A stretch of DNA of 64,000 nucleotides from Nitrospirota bacterium (GCA_016214845.1 JACRMS010000028.1:16070-80069); one strand, 5' to 3'. Positions 19,065 to 27,650 are shown, counted from the first letter of the stretch. The notes: a model not told the origin generated them from the sequence alone. Numbers and translations are program-made.

Positions 19065-19808
19065 ATGCTGAAACCGTTTAAGGCCGACCTCCACATCCAC
19101 ACATGCCTCTCCCCGTGCGCCGACCTTGAAATGAGCCCATCCGCTGTAGTAAGAACGGCGCTTGAAAGAGGCATAGACATCATCGCTATCACCGACCATA
19201 ATTCAGCGGAAAATATAATCGCCGCCCGGAAGGCCGCTGAAAATTCAGGACTGACAGTGCTTGCCGGGATGGAGGTAACATCCTCGGAGGAAGCGCACAT
19301 CCTTGCGCTCTTTGATGATGCTGAAGGAATTATGAAATTACAGGATATCGTGTACGACAATCTGCTGCCGGGAGAGAACGACGAAAAACTCTTCGGCGAG
19401 CAGATAGTTGTAAATGAAAAAGACGAGGTCATGGATTTTAATAAACGCCTGCTCATCGGAGCGACATCATTGCCCGCAAAGACAATCGTTGACACGATAC
19501 ACACTTTAGGCGGCATTGCCATCGCTTCGCACATTGACAGGGACGCCTTCAGCATCGTATCACAGTTAGGCTTCATTCCTGAGGATTTAAATTTTGACGC
19601 GCTTGAGATGTCGCCAAGGACCGACAGGGGGAAAGCTGTGCTTTTATATAATGACTACGCCTCATTTGCTTGGACAACTTCCTCGGATGCACACTGGCTG
19701 AAAGACATCGGAGAAAGAACAACCACCTTCCTCATAAACCGGCCGACACTGGAGGAGATGAGACTGGCCATGAAAAACATTGACGGAAGAAAGGTGGAGT
19801 GGGGGTAA
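19065..19808 (+). CDS. PHP-domain phosphoesterase (HfsC-like putative protein phosphatase)
   Basis: N-terminus LHIHTCLSPCAD and a later ITDHNS metal-binding motif typical of PHP domains. It overlaps the downstream GHKL ATPase by 10 nt. Confidence 0.7.
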   Translation: MLKPFKADLHIHTCLSPCADLEMSPSAVVRTALERGIDIIAITDHNSAENIIAARKAAENSGLTVLAGMEVTSSEEAHILALFDDAEGIMKLQDIVYDNLLPGENDEKLFGEQIVVNEKDEVMDFNKRLLIGATSLPAKTIVDTIHTLGGIAIASHIDRDAFSIVSQLGFIPEDLNFDALEMSPRTDRGKAVLLYNDYASFAWTTSSDAHWLKDIGERTTTFLINRPTLEEMRLAMKNIDGRKVEWG

Positions 19809-20359
19809 TCATGCAAGACCTTTCATTACACATCCTCGACATCGTTGAGAACTCGATAAACGCAAGCGCCACAGAGATCGGGATAAAGATCGTTGAAGAC
19901 ACCAAAGTAAATATTCTCTCCGTTGAAATAAGCGACAACGGCAGGGGCATGGATGAGGAGATGCTGAAAAAGGTCCATGACCCTTTCTTTACCACAAAGT
20001 GCAAGCGGACAGGCCTGGGCATCCCGCTGCTTGCGCAGTCGGCAAAGGAATGTAATGGTGATCTGACTATAAAAACGGGGTCGGGCATAGGCACAACGAT
20101 CAGCGCGCGTTTTCAGTTTGACCATATCGACAGGAAGCCTCTTGGAGATATCTGCAAGACAATGATCGTCCTGATCGCCTCGAATCCTGATGTTGATTTC
20201 ATTTATGAGCACAGGAGAAATGATGAATCTTACGTCCTGAATACCTCTGAAATCAAGAAGGAATTGGATGATGTTCCGATCAATTTACCCGATGTGATAA
20301 AAATTATTAAAGATGATATAAGCGCATGGTTAATTAGTACAAACATTATGATACAATAG
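19799..20359 (+). CDS. GHKL-type ATPase (HfsD-like Ser/Thr-kinase-like HATPase_c)
   Basis: HILDIVENSINA N-box, DNGRGMDEE G1 and GLGIPL/GSGIG G2 motifs. There is no HisKA or H-box. Confidence 0.6.
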   Translation: MGVIMQDLSLHILDIVENSINASATEIGIKIVEDTKVNILSVEISDNGRGMDEEMLKKVHDPFFTTKCKRTGLGIPLLAQSAKECNGDLTIKTGSGIGTTISARFQFDHIDRKPLGDICKTMIVLIASNPDVDFIYEHRRNDESYVLNTSEIKKELDDVPINLPDVIKIIKDDISAWLISTNIMIQ

Positions 20360-20444
20360 GCTCGAACGTACCATTAATTAAATCAGCACATATTATTTTA
20401 CCTATGGAGTCAGGCAAAAAAATATATATGACGAAGGGGGCTGT

Positions 20445-21209
20445 ATGGAAAAAGGCAGAATATTAGTACTCGATGACGATCCTGTTGTGACCCTGAGCTG
20501 CAAGAGAATACTCGGCGCAGAAGGCTACAGCATTTCAACTGTCGAAAAAGGAGAAGACGCCCTCAATAAACTCGCCAAGGAAGATTTCGACCTCCTCATC
20601 TCCGACGTAAGACTGCCTGATATCAGCGGCATGACCGTGCTCAAAGAGGCACGGGTCATCAAGCCGAAGACGGACGTTGTAATAATCACCGGCTATCCCA
20701 CGCTCGAAGACGCAAGGGAATCCACAAGGCTCGGCGCTCATGAGTATATTGAAAAGCCCTTCACGCCTGATTTCATGATCAATGTCGCAAAGAAGATCTT
20801 CGACACAAGGGGCTGGATCCTCAGGCAGGCGTTCATCGACGAGTTCAGGGATTCCGTCACCCCGCTGAGGGACCAGGAAAATCCGGTCATCTTTTATAAG
20901 GAAGGGACCTGGGCAAGGCCCGTCAAGGACGGCATGTGGGAGATCGGCTGCGATCTCAGATACTGGATGTTGGCGGGAAATCTCATGTACGTTGATTTAA
21001 TGAAGGACATAGATAAACTGGAAGCGGGGAGGCCCTTCGCAAGAATTTACTCAAGCGGCGGACAGGGGAGCGAACTGCTTTCTCCGATGAACGGGGAAAT
21101 AACTGAAGTCAATACAAAGGCGAACGATGTAATGGTCGCTCTATTGAAAGACCATTTGTCCGAAGGCTGGCTCCTGTGGCTTGCAAAAGTATTGCCGATA
21201 GGAAGTTAG
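20445..21209 (+). CDS. Receiver domain fused to a GcvH-like (lipoyl-type hybrid-barrel) domain that lacks the lipoyl-Lys
   Basis: REC residues DDD(10-12), D in LISDVRLPD and K in EKPFTPD. The C-terminus aligns to glycine-cleavage H protein (GTWARP..EIGCDLRYWMLAGNLMYVDL...SPMNGEITEVN...EGWLLW). The ESVKA Lys position reads YSSGGQG. Confidence 0.65.
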   Translation: MEKGRILVLDDDPVVTLSCKRILGAEGYSISTVEKGEDALNKLAKEDFDLLISDVRLPDISGMTVLKEARVIKPKTDVVIITGYPTLEDARESTRLGAHEYIEKPFTPDFMINVAKKIFDTRGWILRQAFIDEFRDSVTPLRDQENPVIFYKEGTWARPVKDGMWEIGCDLRYWMLAGNLMYVDLMKDIDKLEAGRPFARIYSSGGQGSELLSPMNGEITEVNTKANDVMVALLKDHLSEGWLLWLAKVLPIGS

Positions 21210-21212
21210 CAA

Positions 21213-21295
21213 CAAGTAACTGAAGTTATGAAGTTGAGAGGGTGTGAAGTTGAGACTTCTTATCTTCTCAATTTCTTAACTTCATAACTTCTATA
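21213..21295. repeat. Heptamer-tandem hairpin (GAAGTTA TGAAGTT GAGAGGG TGTGAAG / complement)
   Basis: caagtaactgaagttatgaagttgagagggtgtgaagttgagac...ctcaatttcttaacttcataacttc, between 20445-21209 and 21329-22201. Confidence 0.55.
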
Positions 21296-21328
21296 ATATT
21301 TCTGTATTCTTGAAAGTTAGGGAGGCTT

Positions 21329-22201
21329 TTGATGGCAGACAATCTGAAAATCCTTGTCGTTGACGATGAGCCTATTGTTATAAAAAGCTGCGTGGCCGTG
21401 CTCAAGGCCGAAGGATATAACATCGAAGGTACGCTGAGCGGAAAAGACGCGATACTCAAGATGGAGCAAAACCCCTACGACCTCGTTTTCACTGACCTGA
21501 AGATGCCTGAAGTTGACGGCATAACCCTTATCAGATGGATCAAGCAAAAAAGACCTGACACGGGGATAGTGATAATCACAGGCTATCCTTCGCAGGACAC
21601 GATCAAAGACGCGCTTGAATTAGGCATTATTGATTACGTTCCGAAACCTTTTACCCCGGCAGTGCTTCTTGACGTGACCCAAAGAGCGGTTGAATGGGTA
21701 AAAGGAAAAGTCCCTGTAACAGAGGAAGTCAAAGAAGAATTCCCGCCTTCCATGATCCAGGAAATAGACAGGGTGATAAAACAGTATAAAAATAAACCCG
21801 GCAGTTCGATACCCGTGCTGCAGCGCTGCCAGCAGATAGTGGGTTATCTCCCTCCTGTTGTGCAGAAACGCATCGCAAGGGGTTTGAATATAACCCCTGC
21901 TGAGATCCACAGCATTGTTACCTTCTATTCCTTTTTCACAATGAAGCCCAGAGGCGACCACAACATCAGGATATGCCTCGGCACTGCGTGTTACGTTAAA
22001 AGGGTTGAAGAAGTCCTGAACAAGATAAAAGAAGATTTGAAACTGGAAGTCGGCGAAGTGACTTCGGACAAAAAATTCTCTCTGGAAACAGTCCGCTGCC
22101 TCGGCGCGTGCGGCCTTGCGCCTGTCATGGTCATTGATGATGAGACCTACGGCGCAATGAGCCCGAAGAAAGTGCCTGAGATCATCGAACAGTATAAATG
22201 A
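21329..22201 (+). CDS. Receiver domain fused to a NuoE/HoxE-like thioredoxin-fold [2Fe-2S] subunit
   Basis: N-terminal REC with DDE(12-14), D in FTDLKMPEVDG and K in VPKPFTPA. The C-terminus has the NuoE ligand pattern CLGTACYVKR...CLGACGLAPVMVIDDETYG. Confidence 0.75.
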   Translation: MMADNLKILVVDDEPIVIKSCVAVLKAEGYNIEGTLSGKDAILKMEQNPYDLVFTDLKMPEVDGITLIRWIKQKRPDTGIVIITGYPSQDTIKDALELGIIDYVPKPFTPAVLLDVTQRAVEWVKGKVPVTEEVKEEFPPSMIQEIDRVIKQYKNKPGSSIPVLQRCQQIVGYLPPVVQKRIARGLNITPAEIHSIVTFYSFFTMKPRGDHNIRICLGTACYVKRVEEVLNKIKEDLKLEVGEVTSDKKFSLETVRCLGACGLAPVMVIDDETYGAMSPKKVPEIIEQYK

Positions 22202-22275
22202 AAAAATATCCGCAGATGACACAGATGAACACAGATTGTTATTTGGATATTGGATAAATGTGAAACACGAATGTA

Positions 22276-22344
22276 TGTCATTCCCGCAAGTGAAGCGCAT
22301 CGGGAATCCTTCTTAAAGAAAGATTCCGGACAAGCCGGAATGAC
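22276..22344. repeat. Intergenic palindromic element, family A subtype (copy 5)
   Basis: tgtcattcccgcaagtgaagcgcatcgggaatcc...gattccggacaagccggaatgac. It has the same frame and stems as the copy at 6617-6692. Confidence 0.65.
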
Positions 22345-22415
22345 TGATACAGTTTGTAAACAATAAATATTTTATCTGTGAAATCTGCGTAATCTGTGGA
22401 CATAAAGGAGTCAAC

Positions 22416-22799
22416 ATGGCGAGATTAACCATTGAGGACCTAAAGAAGATAAAGGAAAAACAGCACGCCACCTTCACTCTCAGGGAAGGCGGATACAGGG
22501 CGAAGGTCACAGTCCACATGGGCACATGCGGGATCGCCGCCGGAGCGAGAGAGATCATGGCGGCCCTGCTTGATGAAATAGCCCAGTCAAAGGCTGAAGA
22601 CATAATTACAACAACCTCAGGCTGCGCTGGGCTTTGCGCGCGCGAGCCGATGATAACCGTTGAGGTGCTGAACAAACCGCCGGTGAAATACGGCGACCTG
22701 ACAGCAGAAAAGCTGAGAGAGATATTTAAAGAGCACGTTCTGGGCGGCAACCCTGTAGAAAAATACGCGCTGGTTGCAGGAAGTGAAACAACGTATTAA
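22416..22799 (+). CDS. Thioredoxin-like [2Fe-2S] ferredoxin subunit (HndB-like)
   Basis: 127 aa with CGIAAG...SGCAGLCAREP Cys pattern. The SD aaaggag lies inside the conserved ATCTGYG leader motif. Confidence 0.6.
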   Translation: MARLTIEDLKKIKEKQHATFTLREGGYRAKVTVHMGTCGIAAGAREIMAALLDEIAQSKAEDIITTTSGCAGLCAREPMITVEVLNKPPVKYGDLTAEKLREIFKEHVLGGNPVEKYALVAGSETTY

Positions 22800-22804
22800 A
22801 AGCA

Positions 22805-22869
22805 GGGCTTAGGGGTCAGGGATTGGGGATTGGTTTTTCACTAACCCCTAAGCCCTAACCCCCAACCCC
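22805..22869. repeat. G-rich heptamer hairpin, family B copy 2
   Basis: gggcttaggggtcagggattggggattgg-ttttt-cactaacccctaagccctaacccccaacccc. It could act as a terminator between 22416 and 22890. Confidence 0.6.
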
Positions 22870-22889
22870 TATTCTCAGAGGAGATTGTA

Positions 22890-24761
22890 ATGGAAAAGTA
22901 TCGTGCAAACTTACTAATGTGTGCGGGAACAGGCTGCGTAGCAAGCGGGACCCCCAAGGTAAAAGCTGCCTTGCAGGAAGAGCTGCAGAAGAGGGGGCTT
23001 GCCGATGAGATAAAGATCGTACTCACCGGGTGTAACGGGTTCTGCGCTGAGGGGCCTGTCATGCTCGTTTATCCTGATGAGATTTTTTACCAGAAGCTCA
23101 CCGTTGAAGATATTCCAAAGCTTGTTGAAGAACATTTTCTTAAAGGGCGTCCTTATGAAAAATTGATGTTCAGGGAGCCGGAGAAAAAGTCGGCGATCCC
23201 CCTGATGAAGGACATACCGTTCTTCAAACACCAGGTGCTGAGGGTCCTGAGAAACAAAGGTTTGATAGACCCTGAAAGCCTTGACGAATACATTGCAAGG
23301 GACGGCTACATGGCTGCCGCAAAGGCCCTCCATGAAATGACGTCAGCGGACATAATAAAGGTCATGAAAGACTCAGGGATCAGGGGGCGCGGCGGCGCGG
23401 GATTTCCAACGGGAATGAAATGGGATTTCGCATCAAAGTCGGTTGCGGACCAGAAATTCATGCTATGTAACGGAGACGAAGGAGACCCCGGCGCGTTCAT
23501 GGACAGGTCGGTCATGGAGGCAGACCCGCATTCGGTAATAGAGGGAATGATGATAGGCGCAAAGGCCATTGGCGCGAGCAAGGGCGTTATTTATGTAAGA
23601 GCTGAATATCCGCTGGCGGTAAAGCGCCTGCAATTGGCAATAGACAAATGCCGCGAGGCGGGACTGTTAGGAGAAAATATTCTCGGCAGCGGCTTTAACT
23701 TCGACCTTGAAATATATCTTGGCGCCGGTGCGTTCGTATGCGGTGAGGAGACCGCGCTCATGCGCTCAATTGAAGGCAAGCGCGGGATGCCGAGACCAAG
23801 ACCGCCCTTCCCTGCCCACAAAGGTTTATGGGACAAGCCTTCGGTCCTGAACAATGTCGAAACCCTCGCCCAGGTAGCGCCGATCATTCTGAACGGGGCT
23901 GATTGGTATAAAACCCTGGGCACTGAAAAAAGCACCGGCACAAAAGTATTCGCCCTCACCGGCGACATCAGGAACGTGGGCCTTGTCGAGGTCCCGATGG
24001 GGATCCCGCTGAGGACCATAATTTATGACATCGGCGGCGGGATGAAGAACAAGAAAAAGAAATTCAAGTCAGTGCAGATGGGAGGGCCTTCAGGAGGCTG
24101 CATCCCTGAAAGCCATATTGATATCCCGGTCACATATGAAGACGTTGTCAAGACCGGCGCCATCATGGGTTCAGGCGGCATGGTCGTCATGGACGAAGAC
24201 ACCTGCATGGTGAGCACTGCAAAATTTTTCCTTGAATTCACCGCTGACGAATCCTGCGGCAAATGTACGCCGTGCAGAGTCGGCACGAGGGTAATGCTTG
24301 ATATGCTCACCGACATCACGGAGGGCAGGGGAAAAGACGGTGACATTGAAACGCTTCAGGACCTGAGCAGGGACATTATTTTAACGTCTCTTTGCGGTCT
24401 CGGGCAGACAGCCCCAAACCCTGTCCTTTCGACGATCAGATATTTTAAAAATGAATATGAATCACACATCATTGACAACTGGTGCAAGACGGGCATATGC
24501 AGGAACCTCTGTTCCTTCCATATATTTGAAGACCTCTGCAAAGGATGCGGCGCATGTTTAAGAGGATGCCCACAGCAGGCGATCGTCGGCGAGAAGAAAC
24601 AGCCCCACCGGATCATCCAGGAGCTCTGCATACAATGCAGGAACTGTTACGACACATGTAAGTTCGGATCAATAAAGATAGGCCCGAAAGGGTGCAAAGA
24701 CATAAAAGCCATGCGCGAGCTTTTGGAGAAGGTTGAGAAAGTTGAGGAGGTCAAGGGATGA
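22890..24761 (+). CDS. NuoF-like NAD(H)-binding flavoprotein subunit with an extra N-terminal 2Fe-2S domain and C-terminal 2x[4Fe-4S] ferredoxin domain (HndC/HydB/FdhB-type)
   Basis: N-terminal CAGTGC...CNGFCAEGP, central GRGGAGFPTGMKW and ESCGKCTPCR, C-terminal CKGCGACLRGCP and CIQCRNCYDTC. 623 aa against the 420-aa true NuoF at 6707-7969. Confidence 0.85.
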   Translation: MEKYRANLLMCAGTGCVASGTPKVKAALQEELQKRGLADEIKIVLTGCNGFCAEGPVMLVYPDEIFYQKLTVEDIPKLVEEHFLKGRPYEKLMFREPEKKSAIPLMKDIPFFKHQVLRVLRNKGLIDPESLDEYIARDGYMAAAKALHEMTSADIIKVMKDSGIRGRGGAGFPTGMKWDFASKSVADQKFMLCNGDEGDPGAFMDRSVMEADPHSVIEGMMIGAKAIGASKGVIYVRAEYPLAVKRLQLAIDKCREAGLLGENILGSGFNFDLEIYLGAGAFVCGEETALMRSIEGKRGMPRPRPPFPAHKGLWDKPSVLNNVETLAQVAPIILNGADWYKTLGTEKSTGTKVFALTGDIRNVGLVEVPMGIPLRTIIYDIGGGMKNKKKKFKSVQMGGPSGGCIPESHIDIPVTYEDVVKTGAIMGSGGMVVMDEDTCMVSTAKFFLEFTADESCGKCTPCRVGTRVMLDMLTDITEGRGKDGDIETLQDLSRDIILTSLCGLGQTAPNPVLSTIRYFKNEYESHIIDNWCKTGICRNLCSFHIFEDLCKGCGACLRGCPQQAIVGEKKQPHRIIQELCIQCRNCYDTCKFGSIKIGPKGCKDIKAMRELLEKVEKVEEVKG

Positions 24762-27223
24762 TTAATCTGACCATTAACGGTAAAAAAATTACTGCTGAAG
24801 ACGGAGCGACAATACTGCAGGCCGCGCTGAAAAACAATATTCATATACCCAACCTCTGCTACGACAAAAGGCTCAGGCCCTACGGCGGATGCAGGCTGTG
24901 CATAGTTGAGGTCGAGGGACAGGCGAGGCTCTTTGCGGCCTGTTCGTCCCCTGCTGAAAACGGCATGGTCGTCACCACGGACACGCCCAAACTCAGGAAG
25001 CTGCGCCAGACGGTCATCGAGCTGCTTTTAGTCCACCATCCGCTCGATTGTCCTGAATGCGACAAGGCGGGTGAATGCCAGCTGCAGGACCTTGCTTATG
25101 AATGCGGCAAGCCCGAAGCGCGTTTTTTAAGACACAGGAAAGAGGCCACGGCAGACGTCAGGGGGCCGTTGATCGAGTTGACCTCAAGAAGATGCATACT
25201 CTGCGGAAAGTGCGTGAGGATATGCGCTGAACACCAGGGAAGAGGCGCGCTCGGTTTGATCGGAAGAGGTTTTCCCACAGTCGTTCAGCCCGCCTTCGGT
25301 GAGATACTTGAATGCGATTACTGCGGGCAGTGCCTCGACATCTGTCCCACGGGGGCGATACTGAGCAAGCCTTATAAATTCACTTCGCGCTCGTGGTTCC
25401 TTGAAGAGAAGGACACCATCTGCCCGTTCTGCGGCGTCGGCTGCACCCTCACCATCGGCATCAGGGAAGGAAAGATACTGAGGTCCAGGGGAGAGGAAGG
25501 CAAAGGCGTCAATGACGGAAACCTCTGCGGAAGGGGCAGGTTCGGCATTGATTATATCTACAACGAAAAGCGCCTGAAAAAACCGTTAATTAAAAAGGGC
25601 GACGAACTGGTCCCTGTCTCATGGGAAGAGGCCTTGTCCTATATTTCAAACAAACTGAACGCTGTGATAAAAAATCACGGAGCGGCTTCAATAGGAGCCA
25701 TCGGCTCTCCGAGATGCACCAACGAAGATAATTATGTCCTGCAAAAATTCATGAGGAAGGTAATCGGAACAAACAATATTGATTCCTCCGCCGCATTCGG
25801 CTACAACAAAGTGCAGAAGGCATGGGAAATGTCCTTCGGCGGGAAAAACCATCCCATAGACCTGAGATATCCTCTGGGCAAAGAGGCCATCCTTATAATC
25901 GAATCAAACATCAGCGTCACACACCCGGTGTACGGGCTTAACATCCTCCAGGCAAAAAGAGAAGGCGCTAAACTCATTGTCGCTGACTCAAGAGAGACAA
26001 AGCTGACAAAACACAGCACGCAGTGGCTCAGTATCAAGGACGGCACAGGCGTCGCCTTTTTAAACGGATTAATGAAAGTCATCATCGACAGGGAACTTTA
26101 TGATAAAGACGCCGCGTCAAAGATATCAGGTTTCTCGTCTCTAAAATCAGCCTTGGCAAATTACACCCTTAAAAACGTCTCAGATATTACAGGCATCCCG
26201 GAAGATGAAATCATCTCTGCCGCAGAAACATTTGCAAAGGCAAAGAGCAGGATGGTCTCACTTACTGTCAGCGCGTCTGAAAACACAAAAGGCATGGACA
26301 CAGTGCTTGCCGCCGCGAACCTCGTCAATCTTTTAGGTGACAGCCCTGAGGCCCTGCAAATTCCCGCGAACTACTCAAACAGCTACGGTCTCTACCAGAT
26401 GGGCGTAAGGCCCTTCCAGCAGCCGCTGAACATGGGCGTCTTCGAGATGCTTTACAGTGAAGAGAGCTCGCTCAAGTCGCTGTATATCATGGGAGAAGAC
26501 CCGGCAGTCACATTCCCCGACAGCGCAAAGATAATAAAGAGATTGAAGTCCCTTGATTTCCTCGTGGTGCAGGATATCTTCCTCACTGAAACCGCAAAGC
26601 TTGCAAACGTGGTGCTGCCCGCGTCAAGCTGGGCCGAAAAAGACGGGACCTTCATGAATGCAGAAGGCGTCCTGCAAAAAGTTTACAAACTGACAGACCC
26701 CGCAGGCGAATCATATCCGGACTGGATGATACTGAAAAATCTCGCCCTGACCATGGGCAAAGACGCGGGAGTCAAAAACCTGCAGGGTATCCAGGAGGAA
26801 ATAAAATCTCTTATCTCAGCCCACGACCCGGCAGGGGAGAAAAAGACGTTCAACCCTGTAGAGTATAAACCTGGAGAGGACCCGAATCCTGATTATCCGC
26901 TGAAGCTTGTGATAAGGGATGTCCTTCAGCACTCAGGCAGCATGTCCACAAGCTCCAAATCACTCGACCTCGTTATCTCCGAGGCATTGCTTGAAATAAA
27001 TGAGGAAGACGCAAAGAGGCACGGCATACTCGATAACAGTCATGTGAAGCTGGTCTCAAAACGCGGGTCCGTGTACCTGAAGGCCCAATATTCAGATGAA
27101 ATTCCAGAAGGCACGGTCTTTGTGCCCACGCACTTCCCTTACGCAAAGATAAACGCTCTCACTCAGGCCTCCTCAAACGGCGAGCCGCCGATCATTGCGG
27201 TGAATGTCGAGGCTACGAAGTAG
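24758..27223 (+). CDS. NuoG-like 2Fe-2S/4Fe-4S subunit with a non-catalytic molybdopterin-oxidoreductase-like domain (paralog of nuoG)
   Basis: N-terminus CYDKRLRPYGGCRLCIVEV, HPLDCPECDKAGECQLQD and CxxCxxC. The motif SPRCTNEDNYVLQKFMRKVIGTNNIDSSAAFGY has no Cys/SeCys-His pair at the formate dehydrogenase active-site position. Confidence 0.8.
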   Translation: MINLTINGKKITAEDGATILQAALKNNIHIPNLCYDKRLRPYGGCRLCIVEVEGQARLFAACSSPAENGMVVTTDTPKLRKLRQTVIELLLVHHPLDCPECDKAGECQLQDLAYECGKPEARFLRHRKEATADVRGPLIELTSRRCILCGKCVRICAEHQGRGALGLIGRGFPTVVQPAFGEILECDYCGQCLDICPTGAILSKPYKFTSRSWFLEEKDTICPFCGVGCTLTIGIREGKILRSRGEEGKGVNDGNLCGRGRFGIDYIYNEKRLKKPLIKKGDELVPVSWEEALSYISNKLNAVIKNHGAASIGAIGSPRCTNEDNYVLQKFMRKVIGTNNIDSSAAFGYNKVQKAWEMSFGGKNHPIDLRYPLGKEAILIIESNISVTHPVYGLNILQAKREGAKLIVADSRETKLTKHSTQWLSIKDGTGVAFLNGLMKVIIDRELYDKDAASKISGFSSLKSALANYTLKNVSDITGIPEDEIISAAETFAKAKSRMVSLTVSASENTKGMDTVLAAANLVNLLGDSPEALQIPANYSNSYGLYQMGVRPFQQPLNMGVFEMLYSEESSLKSLYIMGEDPAVTFPDSAKIIKRLKSLDFLVVQDIFLTETAKLANVVLPASSWAEKDGTFMNAEGVLQKVYKLTDPAGESYPDWMILKNLALTMGKDAGVKNLQGIQEEIKSLISAHDPAGEKKTFNPVEYKPGEDPNPDYPLKLVIRDVLQHSGSMSTSSKSLDLVISEALLEINEEDAKRHGILDNSHVKLVSKRGSVYLKAQYSDEIPEGTVFVPTHFPYAKINALTQASSNGEPPIIAVNVEATK

Positions 27224-27287
27224 AGACTGCCGGACATCTTTCCAATGGTTGCAGAGGGCAAGGGCAGAGAGCATAGAGTTGAAAGCT

Positions 27288-27650
27288 CTACTCATCCCTG
27301 TGAACAGTTTCAGGTGAGAATGCAGGGCGACATACTGCGATATATTCCGCTCCTTCACTGCCTGGGGTGCTGTACTGCACCCATTCTCCACGGTGAACGA
27401 TTACAGCCTCACCCGCATTTACATCTATGATTTTGTCTTTTGTTGTGACCCGAAGCATACCTCTGAGTACGAGTGTATATTCATCAAACTCAGGCTGCTG
27501 GCCGGGCTCGATCCAGCCGCCTGGGCTTTTCATCCTGGCGATGCTCAGGTCTTCTGTTCTGGAATTCACCCTTCCGAGATACTCTTCTATGATCTTCGGC
27601 TTGTTTCCCGCGGCAGTGATGACGGATGGTTTCCTGATCAATGTCGGCAT
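27288..27650 (-). CDS. Cupin-domain protein (hypothetical)
   Basis: 120 aa with a beta-rich cupin-like core (GEAVIVHRGEWVQYSTPGSEGAEYIAVC). Confidence 0.45.
   Translation of the reverse strand: MPTLIRKPSVITAAGNKPKIIEEYLGRVNSRTEDLSIARMKSPGGWIEPGQQPEFDEYTLVLRGMLRVTTKDKIIDVNAGEAVIVHRGEWVQYSTPGSEGAEYIAVCRPAFSPETVHRDE

Noticed and set aside
24758-27223. Formate dehydrogenase alpha subunit (FdhA) call for the 821-aa molybdopterin-domain protein
   Set aside because: The active-site region reads NNIDSSAAFGY with no Cys/SeCys-His pair, and the protein is a close paralog of NuoG at 4026-6590. It is treated as a non-catalytic NuoG-like subunit.
19065-27223. [FeFe]-hydrogenase (HydA/Hnd) operon
   Set aside because: The accessory genes (PHP, GHKL ATPases, DRTGG-like, NuoE/F-like, ferredoxin) resemble hydrogenase loci. 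However, no ORF in the window carries an H-cluster domain, and the largest subunit has a molybdopterin-type domain instead.
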